Source: Hormiphora californensis (taxonomy: Eukaryota; Animalia; Ctenophora). From it: DNA of 64,000 nucleotides. Shown here piece after piece: positions 63,601 through 64,000 of this stretch (the first letter of the stretch is position 1; each line of letters begins with the position of its first letter). The DNA is taken from NCBI GenBank assembly GCA_020137815.1, contig CM035362.1, positions 3,906,001-3,970,000 of the forward strand, read 5' to 3'. The notes under the pieces were generated by a model. That model was given only the letters and a program-made list of their open reading frames with translations, was not told where the DNA came from and did not search any database. The position numbers and the translations under genes are program-made.

Positions 63601-63989
63601 AAAGTTTTCTTAAAATTTCTAAAACTTTCCATGGATACCCGGATTTTGGCAAATGGAAATGGAAATTGTTAGGTTGAACCCCCCCCCCCCCCCCATTATT
63701 ACCCTCATTTCAGGGAGCGGATATGTGTGTTGATTACTCTACATCGAATCCAGAGACAGGATATGCTGCTTTGGAACCAAACCATTCACACTTCTTCCTT
63801 TGTGATGATGGTATATGCTCCTTCATAAATCTTTTTATTGCTCCTTTACAAGCATTAAGTTGTGTTATCACCACAAATATACTCCTTCATAAAAATATCT
63901 TCCGTCAGGTACAACGGATACCACTGGAGTGGAGATTAAATTCAGAGGGGAATTGGAATTTTTGATTACCAAGATGTACGAAAAAGACG
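54652..63989 (+). CDS. TRPM: TRPM-family cation channel, N-terminal MHR1/2 (SLOG) region; continues beyond the window
   Basis: Phase-consistent exons 54652-54837, 58284-58381 (WVKKEIKVRECCVF), 58912-59068 (CHCG..HT..TAFGKINF), 60373-60463 (YIRV..WSLHQP), 61041-61174 (LLISVIGG..GLLNAAKSTNGWIITSG), 61791-61916 (GVAKLVG..IGVSSWG), 63714-63810 (LEPNHSHFFLCDDG), 63909-63989. Confidence 0.93.
55067..56658. mobile_element. Kolobok-like non-autonomous DNA transposon (1.6 kb)
   Basis: TTAA TSD, AGGTTGACAAG...CTTGTCAACCT termini, ~120-bp TIRs. Confidence 0.85.
57318..57610 (+). mobile_element. tRNA-derived SINE
   Basis: tRNA-like head (ggtgtagtggtagc A-box, ggctcgattc B-box), gtccaccaagct..tggtac body, T-rich tail. 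Confidence 0.6.
57793..57950. repeat. 20-21 nt tandem repeat carrying X-box half-sites (ccatagcaac)
   Basis: Direct inspection. Confidence 0.85.
58746..58854. mobile_element. hAT MITE copy between ~50-bp direct repeats
   Basis: TIRs intact; ccagggaggacatgac...agttctc on both sides. Confidence 0.85.
59064..59652 (+). repeat. Intronic tandem array seeded on the TRPM exon-3 donor
   Basis: 31-40 nt units ending ttgtttctccctcccgag|gtgag or |gtgca. Confidence 0.92.
59736..60125. repeat. ~60-bp tandem repeat with an internal palindrome (6-7 units)
   Basis: gggacgtct...agacgtccc in each unit. Confidence 0.9.
60535..61040. repeat. 18-nt satellite running up to a TRPM acceptor
   Basis: aaatcaccacaactccct units. 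Confidence 0.92.
61183..61291. mobile_element. hAT MITE copy
   Basis: TIRs intact; TSD not evident. Confidence 0.85.
61484..61592. mobile_element. hAT MITE copy
   Basis: 8-bp TSD gtgtatac. Confidence 0.9.
62413..63167 (+). CDS. Intronless secreted protein of unknown family nested in a TRPM intron (frameshift ~62545)
   Basis: TATAAATA at 62369; signal peptide MKIIYLLVLVVVEAA; ORFs 62413..62601 and 62514..63167 overlap in different frames. Confidence 0.65.
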
Positions 63990-64000
63990 GTACGTCATTC

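Overview
Eukaryotic (animal) genomic DNA, intron-rich and repeat-rich. Probably a cydippid ctenophore such as Pleurobrachia; this is an unverified recollection based on the ubiquitous 109-bp hAT MITE and the GPCR type. Genes reconstructed by eye: (1) a ~22-exon minus-strand gene (152-22273) encoding a very large, low-complexity, probably microtubule-associated protein with a 5.5-kb phase-symmetric exon and four tRNA genes in intron 1; (2) two tandem paralogues encoding apparently secreted proteins with a Cys-rich N-terminus and two rhodanese domains, one hosting two intronless rhodopsin-class GPCR copies in an intron; (3) the 5' part of a TRPM channel (54652 to window end), with an intronless secreted-protein gene nested in one intron. 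Mobile DNA includes a 5'-truncated CRE-like RLE retrotransposon, many MITE families, Helentron-like elements, tRNA-derived SINEs and four 1.1-1.5 kb foldback elements. The most unusual signals are tandem arrays seeded exactly on splice junctions (and on a tRNA 3' end), a 14-mer near both ends of ~100-nt introns in three unrelated genes, and dense RFX X-box palindromes at exon edges. Several single-base frameshifts are most likely assembly errors. All gene models are manual, and coordinates may be off by a few nt.
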